From Lytechinus variegatus (lineage: Eukaryota): 64,000 bases of DNA. A program made the position numbers and the translations under genes. How positions within the stretch are numbered: position 1 is the first letter of the stretch; each line of letters opens with the position of its first letter. The notes under the pieces were generated by a model. The model was not told the origin of the DNA and made no database searches. It was given only the letters and a program-made list of their open reading frames with translations. Shown here piece after piece: positions 10,871 through 22,497 of the stretch. The stretch spans positions 58,348,853 through 58,412,852 of the forward strand of contig NC_054742.1 in assembly GCF_018143015.1 (NCBI RefSeq), given 5' to 3'.

Positions 10871-11367
10871 AAAACCTTTGCTCTGTGCTTAGCTGTATGG
10901 TCAGGCCAGCTTTCCTTTATTCGTTTAAATGTTGACCCTATTTATTCCCGAACTATAACATTGCCTTTTATTTCCCTGTTGGTGTAAATTATTTGAAGCA
11001 TCATGACCAATGTACGATGCTGAGTAGGGAAACCTAAATGGCCCCTTATTCAACTATCTCTGGGTAAAATTGAAGCATAGTAGCCTCATGAAACATTATG
11101 GATATTGAGGCTGTGATTATTTTCTTTTTGCAATAGATAGTGGAAAAAGGCAGAAAAACTCACTCAAACTCCTAATTCACTCATGCAAATGAAAATTTGG
11201 TTGCACTGTCATGCTTGCACTGTGAGCATTGAGTTTAATAGGCTTCAAATGGAAAAAAAGAGAAGGCAGATCTTTCCATTATGTACATATCATGAAGCAA
11301 ATTTATTATCATGATAGGAAAACATTACACTTAATTTCTTTTCACCACGCTGTATTTTATGTTTCAG

Positions 11368-11474
11368 GCTACCGAGGCTAACTACGAAGAGATTCCCATT
11401 GAACAGTTTGGTATGGCTATGCTTCGTGGAATGGGGTGGAAGGAAGATGAGGGAATAGGAAATAAGCTGAAAAA
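11368..11474 (+). CDS. GPKOW: GPKOW coding exon 4, first half of the G-patch domain.
   Basis: Reads [36 protein letters not shown]. This is the canonical G-patch core (GxAMLxKMGWKxGxGLG). Acceptor gtttcag|, donor AAAAA|GTAAGT. Confidence 0.85.
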
Positions 11475-12139
11475 GTAAGTGAAGATTGTTTAATTAATAA
11501 ATAATTATAATAATGATACATTGTATTTATATAGCGCTAAATACATGGTGTTTCTAAGCGCTTTACAAAACGATTAAGTAGCATACATTAATATAATTGA
11601 ACATTTTAACAAACAAAAAAGGAAATGTACAGTGTAAAGTATTTTCATGTTACAAATTAGCTAAGAAAACTGCCTACTCAAGTTGGGAAATACAAAATAA
11701 TGATAATAATAAAAGCAATGAGATTTATTAATTAAATAGTTCTAATACAATAAGTTAAACAAAATGAATTATCAGAAATACAATGACTTATAAATTATGT
11801 TCGAATAATAAAGCAGTGCAATAGCTAAACATACACAAACAAGAAATAAAGGAATATTCTTTAAGTATTGACAAGATTAACTTAAAACGGAAAGGAAGAA
11901 TTGTAAAGGTTTGCTTTGAGAGGGAGCATCCTAAAGCTAGGAATGTCTTATGTATATTTACCACATAAATTTATTGATGGATATGTGATAGCGCACAACT
12001 CCAGATCATGATCTGACCATTATGACACACATCTAGCAATTTAAATGTGATATTTATTAATCAGACTTAACTTTAAGTGAAACATCCCTAGATTGTATTG
12101 ATTGAGAATACGTGCACGACTTTGTTTCATTGATCCCAG

Positions 12140-12349
12140 AGTTGTAGAACCCATTGAAGTGACTGTGCGACCCAAAGGTCAAGGGCTCGGCGCAGACAGA
12201 CGACCCGAGATGCTCTGAACAAGAAAAAGAAGCGAAGGAGAAAACCGGGAGAGCCAGCTGTGAAGGAAGAAGAAGGAGAACCAAAAGGTTTTTCAAAGGG
12301 AGCTCATGTTCTTGTGTGCAGTGGTCCACACAAGAATCTTTATGGAATG
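12140..12349 (+). CDS. GPKOW: GPKOW coding exon 5, carrying the end of the G-patch and KOW motif 1. The frame is disrupted near 12204-12216 by an in-frame TGA at 12216-12218.
   Basis: Frame 0 gives KVVEPIEVTVRPKGQGLGADRRPEML* and then stops. Frame +2 continues RDALNKKKKRRRKPGEPAVKEEEGEPKGFSKGAHVLVCSGPHKNLYGM, which is KOW motif 1. An apparent 1-nt indel lies between the two frames. Donor ATG|GTATAT at 12350. Confidence 0.6.
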
Positions 12350-12966
12350 GTATATCTTCTTTCTTTTAAGTTTTGTTAAACTGAGCAATTATATAAAATA
12401 GTCAACCAATTAGTGCATGGAACCCCCATTTTTCTCAGTTTTTACTGCACTTCATGAGCCTTTGGGCAATTCCATAAAATATGTGTGTCCGATCCCCTAT
12501 ATGTGGGACCTTTATGAAATTTTCGTGTCTGATTTTTTTGTACTTTCGACAGTCTATAATGTTCTCTAATTGACCATGACTTGGTCAGTTTATGTAGTGA
12601 AGTGAGACTTGAGAAAAAATGGTGGTCGAAGGTACAAAAAAAGTAGATGGAATTGCCATTTTCAAGCCATGATAAATTGAGTCCATTACACCTTTTAATG
12701 TGAAACATTTAAAACAGAAACAAATAATTTCAGCAAGGTCACTCATAAAGAGGGTCAGATGTAATACTTTTTTGAATTGGCAAAATATCCCATTATTTTG
12801 TCATTCAACTCTATTTTGGTATGAAAAAAACATAGGTTAACACTTGTAGATTATAGATGTGTATTACCTTCATTATTACGAAATATTTTGAGTAAATTTT
12901 GCCATTTAGATTCCGTTATGAATGTCACTCTTTTCACAACAATCCTGACTGTACTTAATACCCTAG

Positions 12967-13106
12967 ATTGAAGGTGTGGATGAAGATAATTCTCGGGTCG
13001 TCATCAAGTTTGCCTTGAGCAACCAATCAGCAACTCTTAGCCAGTTTGCAGTTCAGCTAGTCTCAAAAGAGGAATACAAGAAATAATCTAAAGATCTACT
13101 CGCGCG
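12967..13106 (+). CDS. GPKOW: GPKOW coding exon 6, carrying the rest of KOW motif 1. An in-frame TAA sits at 13084-13086. Removing one base in aagaaataatc restores a phase-1 junction to exon 7.
   Basis: Reads IEGVDEDNSRVVIKFALSNQSATLSQFAVQLVSKEEYKK*. With 1 nt removed it reads ...KEEYKNNLKIYSR(g), which parallels vertebrate ...QQEFDKNTLDLRQQNG. Acceptor ccctag|, donor CG|GTAAGT at 13107. Confidence 0.55.
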
Positions 13107-14292
13107 GTAAGTGGATTAGAACAGATGAATAACTTTAATTATCATGGAATTGTTACACATCATCAAGAACGTTAGTAAGAATCACACGCCGGAGATACCT
13201 AATGAAAATCATGGACTTCTTGCATCATAAGCATACTCCCATCCTTATAAAAATTGATGAGAACACTTTAATATGATTCCTTATAAGAAATCTTCAATTG
13301 ACATTGTTTTATAGACAATGCGATACCCCTTGAATTGCATTCTTTATCTTTTCCATTTGCCTGTTTGGAGAAGGAATGTTGATGTGAATAAGAAACTATG
13401 GAAAACAAATTTTCTTTCTTTTTGCAATATTTACATAGGGTTGCATTTGTTAGACATTCACTCACTTTTTTAAAACAAATGCAATTTGCGGCATCCCAAT
13501 TATTACAGGATTATGTCAAATTATGTCACCCGTGCTGTTTTAAGTCGTACATAACTTTCAGTATATAAAACAGTCTCCCCCCATCATGCAAACATCTGTG
13601 ATGACAAACTATATGATGATATAATCAATGATATGATTGATATTTTTCATTTCTCATTAGTTTAAGTCTGAGGTGTATTCCACTCTTTAGCTGTGTATAA
13701 TAATGACTATAAAAATGATATGGATGATGATGATAGTAATAATGATAATATGAAATAATGCATGTAAGCGTGTGCATGCAGGGCCAATAATGAATGATGT
13801 GCGAGAAGAGGCAATGGATCTACCACAACGAGGTCCGCAGGACCGAGTGCAGTATATCCATTTGGCGAGTTGAGCACAGGTCCTCTAGCACAAGAATGCT
13901 GTCGTACTAAAACCTCCCTAAAAATCCTGTTAAACAGACAATGTGAGCACCAGAAACAATGAAGACATAGGCCCTGAGCAAATTATGTTTCATAAAGTTG
14001 TGAAAAACATGTTTCATATGTCATATAACATAATAATGATAAAATATATGTTTCTCTTCCTTTTCCCTCTTTTTCACCTTTCCCGGTTTTTTTTTTGCCA
14101 GTCGATTGGGGGGGGGGATGTGCCCCCCCCCATGCCCCCCCTACCCCCATAGTTACACCACTGTCACTGTTGTTGACCAATTCCTCAGGATTATTCCAAA
14201 GTAGTTAATTCACAATAAGATTTTGATTTTTGCACAGTGATTGTGATGTGCGCAAATTTTTTTACTGCTATTCATTATGTTTCATTTCTTAG

Positions 14293-14707
14293 GGAAGTTT
14301 AGTCGAGGTCATGATGAATTGAAGAAGAGAGAGGACCAGACATCGCAGGATGATAGTGAATCGGATCGGAGGAAACACAAACACAAGATTGATAAAGATA
14401 GGACTAGCAGTAGTAGACATGATAAGCATTCTAGAGACAGGAGAAAAGAGGATGGAGATGGGTCGGATAAGTATTCTAAACGGGACAGATATGAGGATAG
14501 GGAGAGATATGAAAATGGCGAGCGTCACAGAGACAAACACACTTCAAGAGATGATCGACGGAGAGATGATAAGGATTATGACAGATCAAGAACTAAAGAC
14601 GATAGGCATCGGAAAAGAGATGATGACAGGAAGGACTCCAGTCAAAGGAAAGAGGAGAGAACAGATAGATCGGTCAAGCATCATTCAGATTATGATAGGC
14701 ATTCTAG
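14293..14707 (+). CDS. GPKOW: GPKOW coding exon 7, an Arg/Asp/Ser-rich low-complexity region.
   Basis: An open frame of 138 codons reads KFSRGHDELKKREDQTSQDDSESDRRKHKHKIDKDRTSSSRHDKHSRDRRKEDGDG...SVKHHSDYDRHSR. Acceptor tttcttag|, donor AG|GTATGT at 14708. The outgoing phase 2 joins exon 8 exactly. Confidence 0.7.
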
Positions 14708-15308
14708 GTATGTGAATGACAGATTCTAGATCATGCTCTGTTAGTGCCTTGCAGTGCCTCTCTTACTTGCCTATTTTAGGCAGAAATGTCGGCTATATCT
14801 TTGCTGCTTCACTCTTATTATCAAGAAATGTTCAGTTGCAGTTGTTCCAAGCTCACATGCACGGCACTGTACATTGGCTTTTGCATCGGATTGGGTACCC
14901 ATTCAACACCTGGGTTGAGAGTGGCAAATTGTAGATTGATGCCTTGCAAAAGGATATGAGTATCATGGTGGGATTCAAATACACAACCTGTGTCCTATTT
15001 CATGAAAGCATCATAACTCCAGCTGGACACTATCTCAATGGAAAGCCAAGCTGGTCAAATATCATCTGTGATGTCTGCTTTCCATTTGCAATATGTGTCT
15101 ACAATTTGTCTAACCAGTGGATTGTCCATAGGCTTGGCTTTCCATATGGCATAAATTTAGAGTTGTGATACCTTCATTAAATGGGACAGAGTACACCACA
15201 TTACATTTAAAATGTATTAACTTGACACACTCCATGAATACTGATTGATGTGTACTGTTTTTTGTTTCATAAATCTATGATTTATTTTTTTCTTGTCCCA
15301 TATTGTAG

Positions 15309-15475
15309 CTCAAATTCTGAGAAGACGACCTACTGGTTGCGCCCTGATTTGAGAGTACGCTTTATTGACGCGACCTACAAGAAGGGCAAGTATTACAATG
15401 TCAAGGTCAAGATTGTCGATGTCATCACCAGAGATACTTGCACGTGTCAAACAGATGATGGCAGATTTATTGAAG
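15309..15475 (+). CDS. GPKOW: GPKOW coding exon 8, the start of the C-terminal KOW motif 2 region.
   Basis: Reads SSNSEKTTYWLRPDLRVRFIDATYKKGKYYNVKVKIVDVITRDTCTCQTDDGRFIEG. This aligns with vertebrate HWLHRDLRVRFVD..YKGGQYYNTKM.IEDV...DTC.CRTDEGR..EG. Acceptor tattgtag|, donor AAG|GTAAAG. Confidence 0.85.
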
Positions 15476-16284
15476 GTAAAGACAGTCAGTAACTTTGTCC
15501 AGGATTGACAATCTTTATTATACGACCTAGATAGATCCTTGTGATTTGATTGGTTGTTTCATAACGTTCATCCACCCTATTTTGCAATGACATCACCAAC
15601 CGTGCAATTTTGGATCCATTCATTGCGCAAGTTTGGATGCGTACGATTTTATCCATTGCACGCACACACCAAGATAACTGCAGCTGCAGGCACCAGCAGT
15701 GCGCATGTTGTAATGACGTAACAGTTAACAGACCGAACTCGCATTGCATGAGAATGTTTTGCATCGAAATTCATAAATTTCATATGAAAAAAAAATTAAG
15801 TGTCATATAAACCAAATAATGAATGTTTTTTCATTCGTGCAATGGACAGATAACTTCATGAGGAGAAAGATGAAATAATGATTACGCCTCGTTGAATGGA
15901 TCATTATTTCATCTTTCACCTCATGAAGTATTCTATCCATTGCACTGATAAACATTCATTATTTGTATATTGATCAAAATCACATATTAACCTAGTAATT
16001 CATTCAGAATCCTGTCGGTTAAACAGAACAGCCATAGCTTAAATAAGTCAAGTAGTCAGCTATTCCAGTAGCAAGTGTTACTTGTATCTCAGAAGCATTT
16101 CTTTTGAGATTATTTTTCTAGTTTACTGCTTTGTTTTATATTTCGAAGCGTAATATTGCTCTCAACCCCCCCCATGACTTGGATAATAAAATTTACATGT
16201 ATATCAAGGCTGGGAAATTGATGGAAATGCGTTTGTCTATTTGGGAAAAGCAAAAGGTCGTTGTAAAAACAAATCTTGGTTTTT

Positions 16285-17558
16285 GTCTCACCTGCGAAGC
16301 AAAGTGAGACTTAGGCGCCGCTTTTCCGACGGCGACGGCGGCGGCGGCGGCGGCGTCAACATCAAATCTTAACCTGAGGTTAAGTTTTTGAAATGACATC
16401 ATACTTAGAAAGTATATGGACCTAGTTAATAAAACTTGGCCATAAGGTAAATCAAGTATTACTGAACATCCTGTTAGAGTTTCATGTCACATGACCAAGG
16501 TCAAAGGTCATTTAGGGTCAATGAACTTAGACCATGTTGGAGGAATCAACATCGAATCTTAACCTGAGGTTAAGTTTTTGAAATGTCATCATAACTTAGA
16601 AAATATATGGACCTAGTTCATGAAACTTGGACATAAGGTTAATCAAGTATCACTGAACATCCTGCATGAGTTTCACGTCACATGACCAAGGTCAAAGGTC
16701 ATTTAGGGTCAATGAACTTTGGCCGAATTGGGGATATCTGTTGAATTCCCATCATAACTTTGAAAGTTTATGGATCTGATTCATGAAACTTGGACATAAT
16801 AGTAATCAAGCATCACTGAACATTTTGTGCAGGTTTCAGGTCACATGATCAAGGTCAAAGGTCATTTAGGGTCAATGAACTTTGGCCGAATTGGGGATAT
16901 CTGTTGAATTCCCATCATAACTTTGAAAGTTTATGGATCTGATTCATGAAACTTGGACATAATAGTAATCAAGCATCACTGAACATTTTGTGCAAGTTTC
17001 AGGTCTCATGATTAAGGTCAAAGGTCATTTAGGGTCAATGAACTTTGGCCGAATCGGGGGTATCTGTTGAATTACCATCATAACTTTGAAAGTTTATTGG
17101 TCTAGTTCATGAAACTTGGACATTAGAGTAATTAAGTATCACTGAACATCCTGTGCATGTTCAGGTCACATGTCCAAGGTCAAAGGTCAATGAACTTTAG
17201 CCGAATTGGGTGTATCTGTTGAATTACCATCATAACTTTGAAAGTTTATGGATCTGATTCATGAAACTTGTACATAAGAGTAATCAAGTATCACTGAACA
17301 TCCTGTTCCAGTTTCAGGTCACATGATCAAGGTCAAAGGTCATGTAAGGTCAATGAACTTTGGCCATGTTGGGGTTTTTTGTTGAATAACCATCATATCT
17401 CTGTAAGTTTATTGGTCTAGTTCATAAAAAGAGGACATAAGAGTAACCATGTATCACTGAACATCTTGTGCGAGTTAGAGTAGTATGCAAAGTCAGCACT
17501 GCTGCTATAGTGAACCGCGTGATGCAGGTGAGACGGCCAGAGGCATTCCACTTGTTTT
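16285..17558 (+). mobile_element. Composite non-autonomous element of about 1.27 kb, copy 1. It has an 11-bp TIR (GTCTCACCTGC ... GCAGGTGAGAC) enclosing a GC-rich (GGC)n head and about 6 tandem units of a satellite of about 180-200 bp (core GACCAAGGTCAAAGGTCATTTAGGGTCAATGAACTT).
   Basis: The ends and the internal tandem array were read directly. A near-identical second copy with the same ends lies at 40037-41138. The two copies diverge immediately outside the shared ends. This copy lies in GPKOW intron 8. Confidence 0.6.
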
Positions 17559-18264
17559 TCACGAAGTTCTATGACATTTCTCTAATGGAAGAAAACTAGT
17601 GGAGAGATGCCCTTAGGGAGGTCATGTTCTAGGAAATAGTCAGATGGGAATAAGCCAGTTTATAGTTGGCTCATGAGCTGCTTTTTCCTAAATTACCTTA
17701 TCCTTTTTTTCAATGGGAGAAGCGATAACACTTTCCAGATTGGGATATTTCCCAACATAGCATCATGTGGTATAAAGAAAGCTATGCTATAGACCAGTAC
17801 TGACTGCACAGAAGCGTTATTAGCGCTAACAATAGGCTAACAGAGGCCCTGTTACAACTGGTATGGGGCAGCGATGCCTAATGTTACAACAAAAATTTGT
17901 GGTCATGGAAAGTCAGGGAGTTTGGAAAATTTGTGAAAAGTCATGGAATTGCATTTACCTCTTGGCTATGGCAGCTTTCCAGTTTGTTGTATCTCGCAAC
18001 TCTCATACTCTATGATCATACTCTGCTATTATGATTGGTGTCGATGATTTCCATTTTCCCAGGTTTGTAACATCCCAAATTAAAAAACTCCCGGGACGTC
18101 ACAGGAAGTCATGGAAGGCAGCAATTTAGTCATTGAAAAGTCATGGAATTCTGTTTTCAAATTTCTGTGGGAACCATGCCTATGTATCAAGGAGCATTCT
18201 TGCTTGTTTAAGTTTCGATAATATTGTATTTCAACTTTTTATATCATCCATTTTTTTCTTGCAG

Positions 18265-18350
18265 ATATCCATCAATCTATGCTGGAGACACTCATACCAA
18301 AAACCGATCCTGGATACATTATGGTTGTCAGTGGGAAGTACAAAGGCCAG
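18265..18350 (+). CDS. GPKOW: GPKOW coding exon 9.
   Basis: Reads DIHQSMLETLIPKTDPGYIMVVSGKYKGQ. This aligns with vertebrate L.EDMLETLVPK..GDRVMVV.GP..G. Acceptor cttgcag|, donor CAG|GTCTGT. Phases are 1 in and 0 out. Confidence 0.8.
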
Positions 18351-19283
18351 GTCTGTCCACTGTTATCTTCTATCTACTCATAGCCCATTTTTTCTGCCTG
18401 CACAAAGTTCAGCAGATACCCTAGTGATCACTTTTCCTGTTAGTCTTAGTCTGTTACAAAAATGTTTTTGTTCAACTTGCTGTCATTTCTTTATTTTTGC
18501 ATCAATTAAATTCATATTTGGTACAAATGATCCCTGGGTAATGCCACATGTGTGCCCATGAGGGTGTTGGGATCAAAAGGTCGTGTTTGGGGGGGGGTGG
18601 AACGAGTATTGCGAGACAGTAAATTAAAGGTGAGTATTAAAAGGGGGCGGGGTTCACAGTAAGCTAAGTGCAATTCCCCATTCTATCTGACAACAGTACT
18701 ATTAAACACATGTTGAGAATTGGGGACGAATGACTGCCTAAAACGTACTCTGTTTGACACAGACACAGAGGCGAACACCGGACCTATTGAAGTTATAATT
18801 GTAGTGTAGAGGGTGAGATTGATCTTTTAAGATAGCCTGAACTTTAGCCAGTAATCTCCCGTTGTACAGAGTTCAATTGGGAGTAATTCAAGACCGATTA
18901 TTTTCTGGGCAATTTTCCGTGGACGTTTAAGCTTCTCTTTGTCCGATTTAGTAAGGTTGCTATAGAAGCAAATTATGTTGAACATTAAGGGATCATATTG
19001 CATATTTTATTGATCGCGAAATCAGGCGAGACTCTTGGTTCATGAACCACCGTGTCTTTCAATAAATCTCTTTCCCCAAAATGCATCACATTTGTGACAA
19101 TACATGGCATAACCAAGAAAATGACACTCTGTGATTCACAGTTAGAGGATATCAAATGTGATTTTGATCAGAAGGGTCATTTTCATTTTCTATATATTTC
19201 TTAAAAAAGTTACTTTTTATTATACGCTGTAAAATAGTAGTACCAAACAAACTTAAAAGGCAATTTTTTTATTATTGTTTTTA

Positions 19284-20719
19284 GCTCATCCGGCCCGAAG
19301 GGCAAGATGAGCTTATGCCGTGGCGTGGCGTGTGTCTCCGTCGTCCATCCACAATTCAAAATGCTATTCTTCACCATTTCAAGTCCGATTTCAATTCTGT
19401 TTGCACGAGGTGGGGCATTCAAAACTTTTACACAGAATTTTGAAATTCATTAAATATGCTAATTTATGCTCATTTTTCAAAATTCACAAAAAATGCTACT
19501 TCTTCTTTATTTGTTGACCGATTTTGATTTTTTTTTGCTTCATCTGGTAGAGCTTCATGAGGTTCACAAAATTCTACACAGAATTTTGACCAGAACAATT
19601 TTTATGCTAATTTATGAGAAATTAATTTATACATATTTTAAAAAATTCACATAAAATGCTTCTTCTTTTTTATTTGTTGACCGATTGTGAATTTTTTGCT
19701 TCCATCTGGTAGAGCTTCATGAGGTTCACCAATCTTCTACACAGAATTTTGAAATTTTGAACAAAAGAATTTTTTATGCTAATTTATGCGAAATTTATGC
19801 ATATTTTTAAAAATTCACATAAAATGCTTCTTCTTTATTTGTTGACCAATTTTGATTTTTTTTTCTTCCATCTGGTAGAGCTTCATGAGGTTCACCAATC
19901 TTGTACACAGAATTTTGAAATTTTGACTCGAGCAATTTTAGGCTAATTTATGCGAGATTTATTCAGAAATCACAGAAAATGCCTCTTCTTCTTTATTTGT
20001 TGACAGAATTTGATATTTTTCTTCCACCCGGTAGACTTCATGAGGCCCACCAAACTTCTACACAGAATTTTGAAAATTTTCAACAGAAAATTATTTATGC
20101 TAATTTATGCGAAATGTATTCATAAATCACAGAAAATTCCTCTTCTTTATTTGTTGCCAGATTTTGATTTTTTTCTTCCATCTGTTAGAGCTGCATGAGG
20201 TTCACCAAACTTGTACACAAGTTTTTGAAAATTTGTCTGGAAAATTATTTATTCTCATTTATGCAAAATTTATTCATAAATCACTAAAAATGTTTTTTCT
20301 TCTTCATTTGTTGATCAATTTCAGTTTTGTTTGCTTTATATGATAGCTCGAGGTGGTGATACAAAATTTAAACATAGAATTTTGAAACTCATTGAATCTG
20401 CTATTTATTCATATATTTTCAAAACTCACAAAAATTGCTTACTTATTTGTTGATTGATTTTGGTTATTTTTGTTCCATCTGAGAGCTACATTAGGTTCAC
20501 CAAGGTTCTACACAGAGTTAAGAAATTTTGACTAGATAATAATTAATACTTAATTCATATGAAATTTATTCATAGATTACAAAAAATGCTTCTATGTCAT
20601 TTCTTCATCAATTTCAATTCTATATCCTCAATTTATTGTCACCAATATAATTCACTACATTGTCAGCTGGGCTGAAATTAAAATTTTGTTAAATTGTGTT
20701 GCGAGATGCCGGATGAGCT
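19284..20719. mobile_element. Non-autonomous DNA element of about 1.4 kb with a 12-bp TIR, AGCTCATCCGGC. It carries about 7 internal tandem units of about 150 bp (...ttcttccatctggtagagcttcatgaggttcaccaa...cacagaattttgaaatt...).
   Basis: The left end is tttAGCTCATCCGGCccgaagggcaagatgagct, which is itself a hairpin. The right end is gatGCCGGATGAGCTccacatcattgatgtgctagtt. A truncated homologous copy with the same 3' end (gataccagatgagctctacatcattaatgtgctagttg) lies at about 4975-5560. Confidence 0.55.
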
Positions 20720-21070
20720 CCACATCATTGATGTGCTAGTTACAGTTAAATACACCCATATTTTGTTTTTACCCCCCAAAATAATATATTGCAATTCTTT
20801 TTCGTGATAACCAAAGTACAGTAAGCCCTTTTTTTAACTCCCCCAAAATTTACATTGCGTAGGACTTTGAAATACAAATCTTTCTTAGCAGCCACCTGTC
20901 TATAATGAAAACTTTATCTTTAGTTGACACCTAAGTTGTTTCCCATTTGAATAGAATGTGTCAAAGAACTCATTTTGACTGAACAGTTTTGACTGAACTT
21001 TGAAAAAGGAGAAACATTTATCATCAATGTTAACACTGGATGGTTCTTTTTATTTACAATTTCATTACAG

Positions 21071-21211
21071 ATTGGTACCGTTCTCAAGAGGGACAAAGCT
21101 AATTGCCAAGCCAGTGTTCAGCTGCTGAGAGAGAGAGACCGGATCATCAAGATGGATTATGATATTATATGTGAATTTGCTGGAAATATACATGATGAGG
21201 AAGATTACTGA
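21071..21211 (+). CDS. GPKOW: GPKOW terminal coding exon, ending in stop codon TGA at 21209-21211.
   Basis: Reads IGTVLKRDKANCQASVQLLRERDRIIKMDYDIICEFAGNIHDEEDY*. This aligns with the vertebrate C-terminus (VGHLLSRDRARSRALVQL.REN.VV.LHYDAICQY.G). Acceptor cattacag|. Confidence 0.85.
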   Translation: MGTVLKRDKANCQASVQLLRERDRIIKMDYDIICEFAGNIHDEEDY

Positions 21212-22094
21212 AACAGGCAGAGCCAAGATTGATGGATGGGGGAGGGGGTTGTCTAATGGGCACACTTTGAAGAAAAAGTGTTGTTGCTTGTGGAAAGCAT
21301 TTCCCTTTTTTACTAAAGAAAACAAAAAAGGATGTGGCTAAGGACCTTGCGTCCCCCACCCAACCCCTCTCGGATCTGGGCCTATACCGATATATATATG
21401 GGTTGCTAACTTAAAATCATAAATGTATCTTGTTATTTATTCTCTATTCTCCACAAATAATCTTGCTCTTGCTTGGTCTAAATGCAAGACTGGCACAAGA
21501 AAAAAAAGTTTTATGACAAACGTGAAGAGTAGTTAATGGACTTTCTAATCATGTCTGCTTTGATTGGAATACTAGTGAACTTGTGTTTACAAAACTCTCT
21601 ATCTCTATACCATTTCTTTCTTCTGTCATTATCAGCAAATCCTCAGCCATCGTTACTTTGTCTGTTGTGTGTTGCAAGACTTCCATGTTTTCACTTGCAC
21701 AGATACGAAGACAAGCTTTTGAGTGAAACAAAATCTTCTTATCACAAGAAGAATCTATGCAATAGAAAGACCTGGTCCCCCATGTCTTTGTGAAGAGCTC
21801 TTCTTTTATTGGTTGCATGAATCATGGGCTCATAACAAGGAACCTAAACTAGGCTATTGTTTTGAGAAGGGGTTATTGATTTCCCCCTTCCATTCCTCTT
21901 TCAATTGACTTCCTTGTGTCATTGTTATGTCATGAGGGAGTGTTAATTTTTTCTCCTTATAAAGAACATCTCATTAGCATCCCACTTGACATTTTTTTTT
22001 ATAGTGAATGTATCAGTAGGGGAGTGGATCCTAAATGCTGTTCATGTAAAAGTGGGTCAATAAACTAAAACATGCTCCACTTGAAATGTTTGAA

Positions 22095-22497
22095 TTAAAG
22101 AGAAATTTCAGTAGTTGCAGTAAACACTGATTTCATGAGAAAGTCTGTAAAACAAGGCTTAATTGTCAGTATATCATCGAGGATCTAGATCTGGTACAGT
22201 TACATTAACTGAACTTTGTGAAATCTTGAAATCTACGCTGAAAAATGTTCACACCGAAGATCCCCAACACAGATAAGCGCACGTGGGACAATGTATAATT
22301 ATTGCTTAGAGCGTCGGGCCCGACGCTCTACCCGAATCCTGTGCTTATTTGCTGATTTCTCAGCAATTACACGATTTCTTCTAGAATCCTTTCGCACATG
22401 CGTTTTATTTATACAAACAGACACTTTGGTGGTCATTTCATTGGATTCTGTACGAACTCATTTTGATATCGTTACCGAAACTAGCATTTGCCTTTAA
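22095..22497 (+). repeat. Dispersed repeat of about 400 bp, copy 1. It forms a large inverted pair with copy 2 at 26270-26665 (- orientation), about 3.8 kb apart. A diverged third copy lies at 31712-32110 (+) in NIPA intron 2.
   Basis: The sequence ...gggacaatgtataattattgcttagagcgtcgggcccgacgctctacccgaatcctgtgcttatttgctgatttctcagcaattacac... has its reverse complement at 26400-26470. Each copy contains the palindrome gcgtcgggcccgacgc. Confidence 0.65.

Noticed and set aside
12177-12195. An attempt to rescue the GPKOW exon 5 frame with a tiny intron (GTCAAG...CAG).
   Set aside because: The intron would be less than 20 nt, which is below any plausible spliceosomal minimum. The frameshift interpretation stands.
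14289-14715. The - strand ORF 14289-14540 and the + strand alternative-frame ORF 14350-14715, both overlapping GPKOW exon 7.
   Set aside because: These are low-complexity artefacts of the purine-rich RD/RS-coding exon. Only the frame that reads KFSRGHDELKK... is splice-consistent.
16290-17530. A CRISPR-like array, suggested by the regular tandem repeats.
   Set aside because: The units are about 190 bp direct repeats with no unique spacers. The context is eukaryotic and intronic. It is a satellite inside a TIR element.
18133-18561. The + strand ORF of 142 aa spanning GPKOW exon 9.
   Set aside because: Only 86 nt are coding, in a different frame from this ORF (it reads the intron in frame 18133 mod 3; the exon is in frame 18266 mod 3). 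The rest is an AT-rich intron read through by chance.
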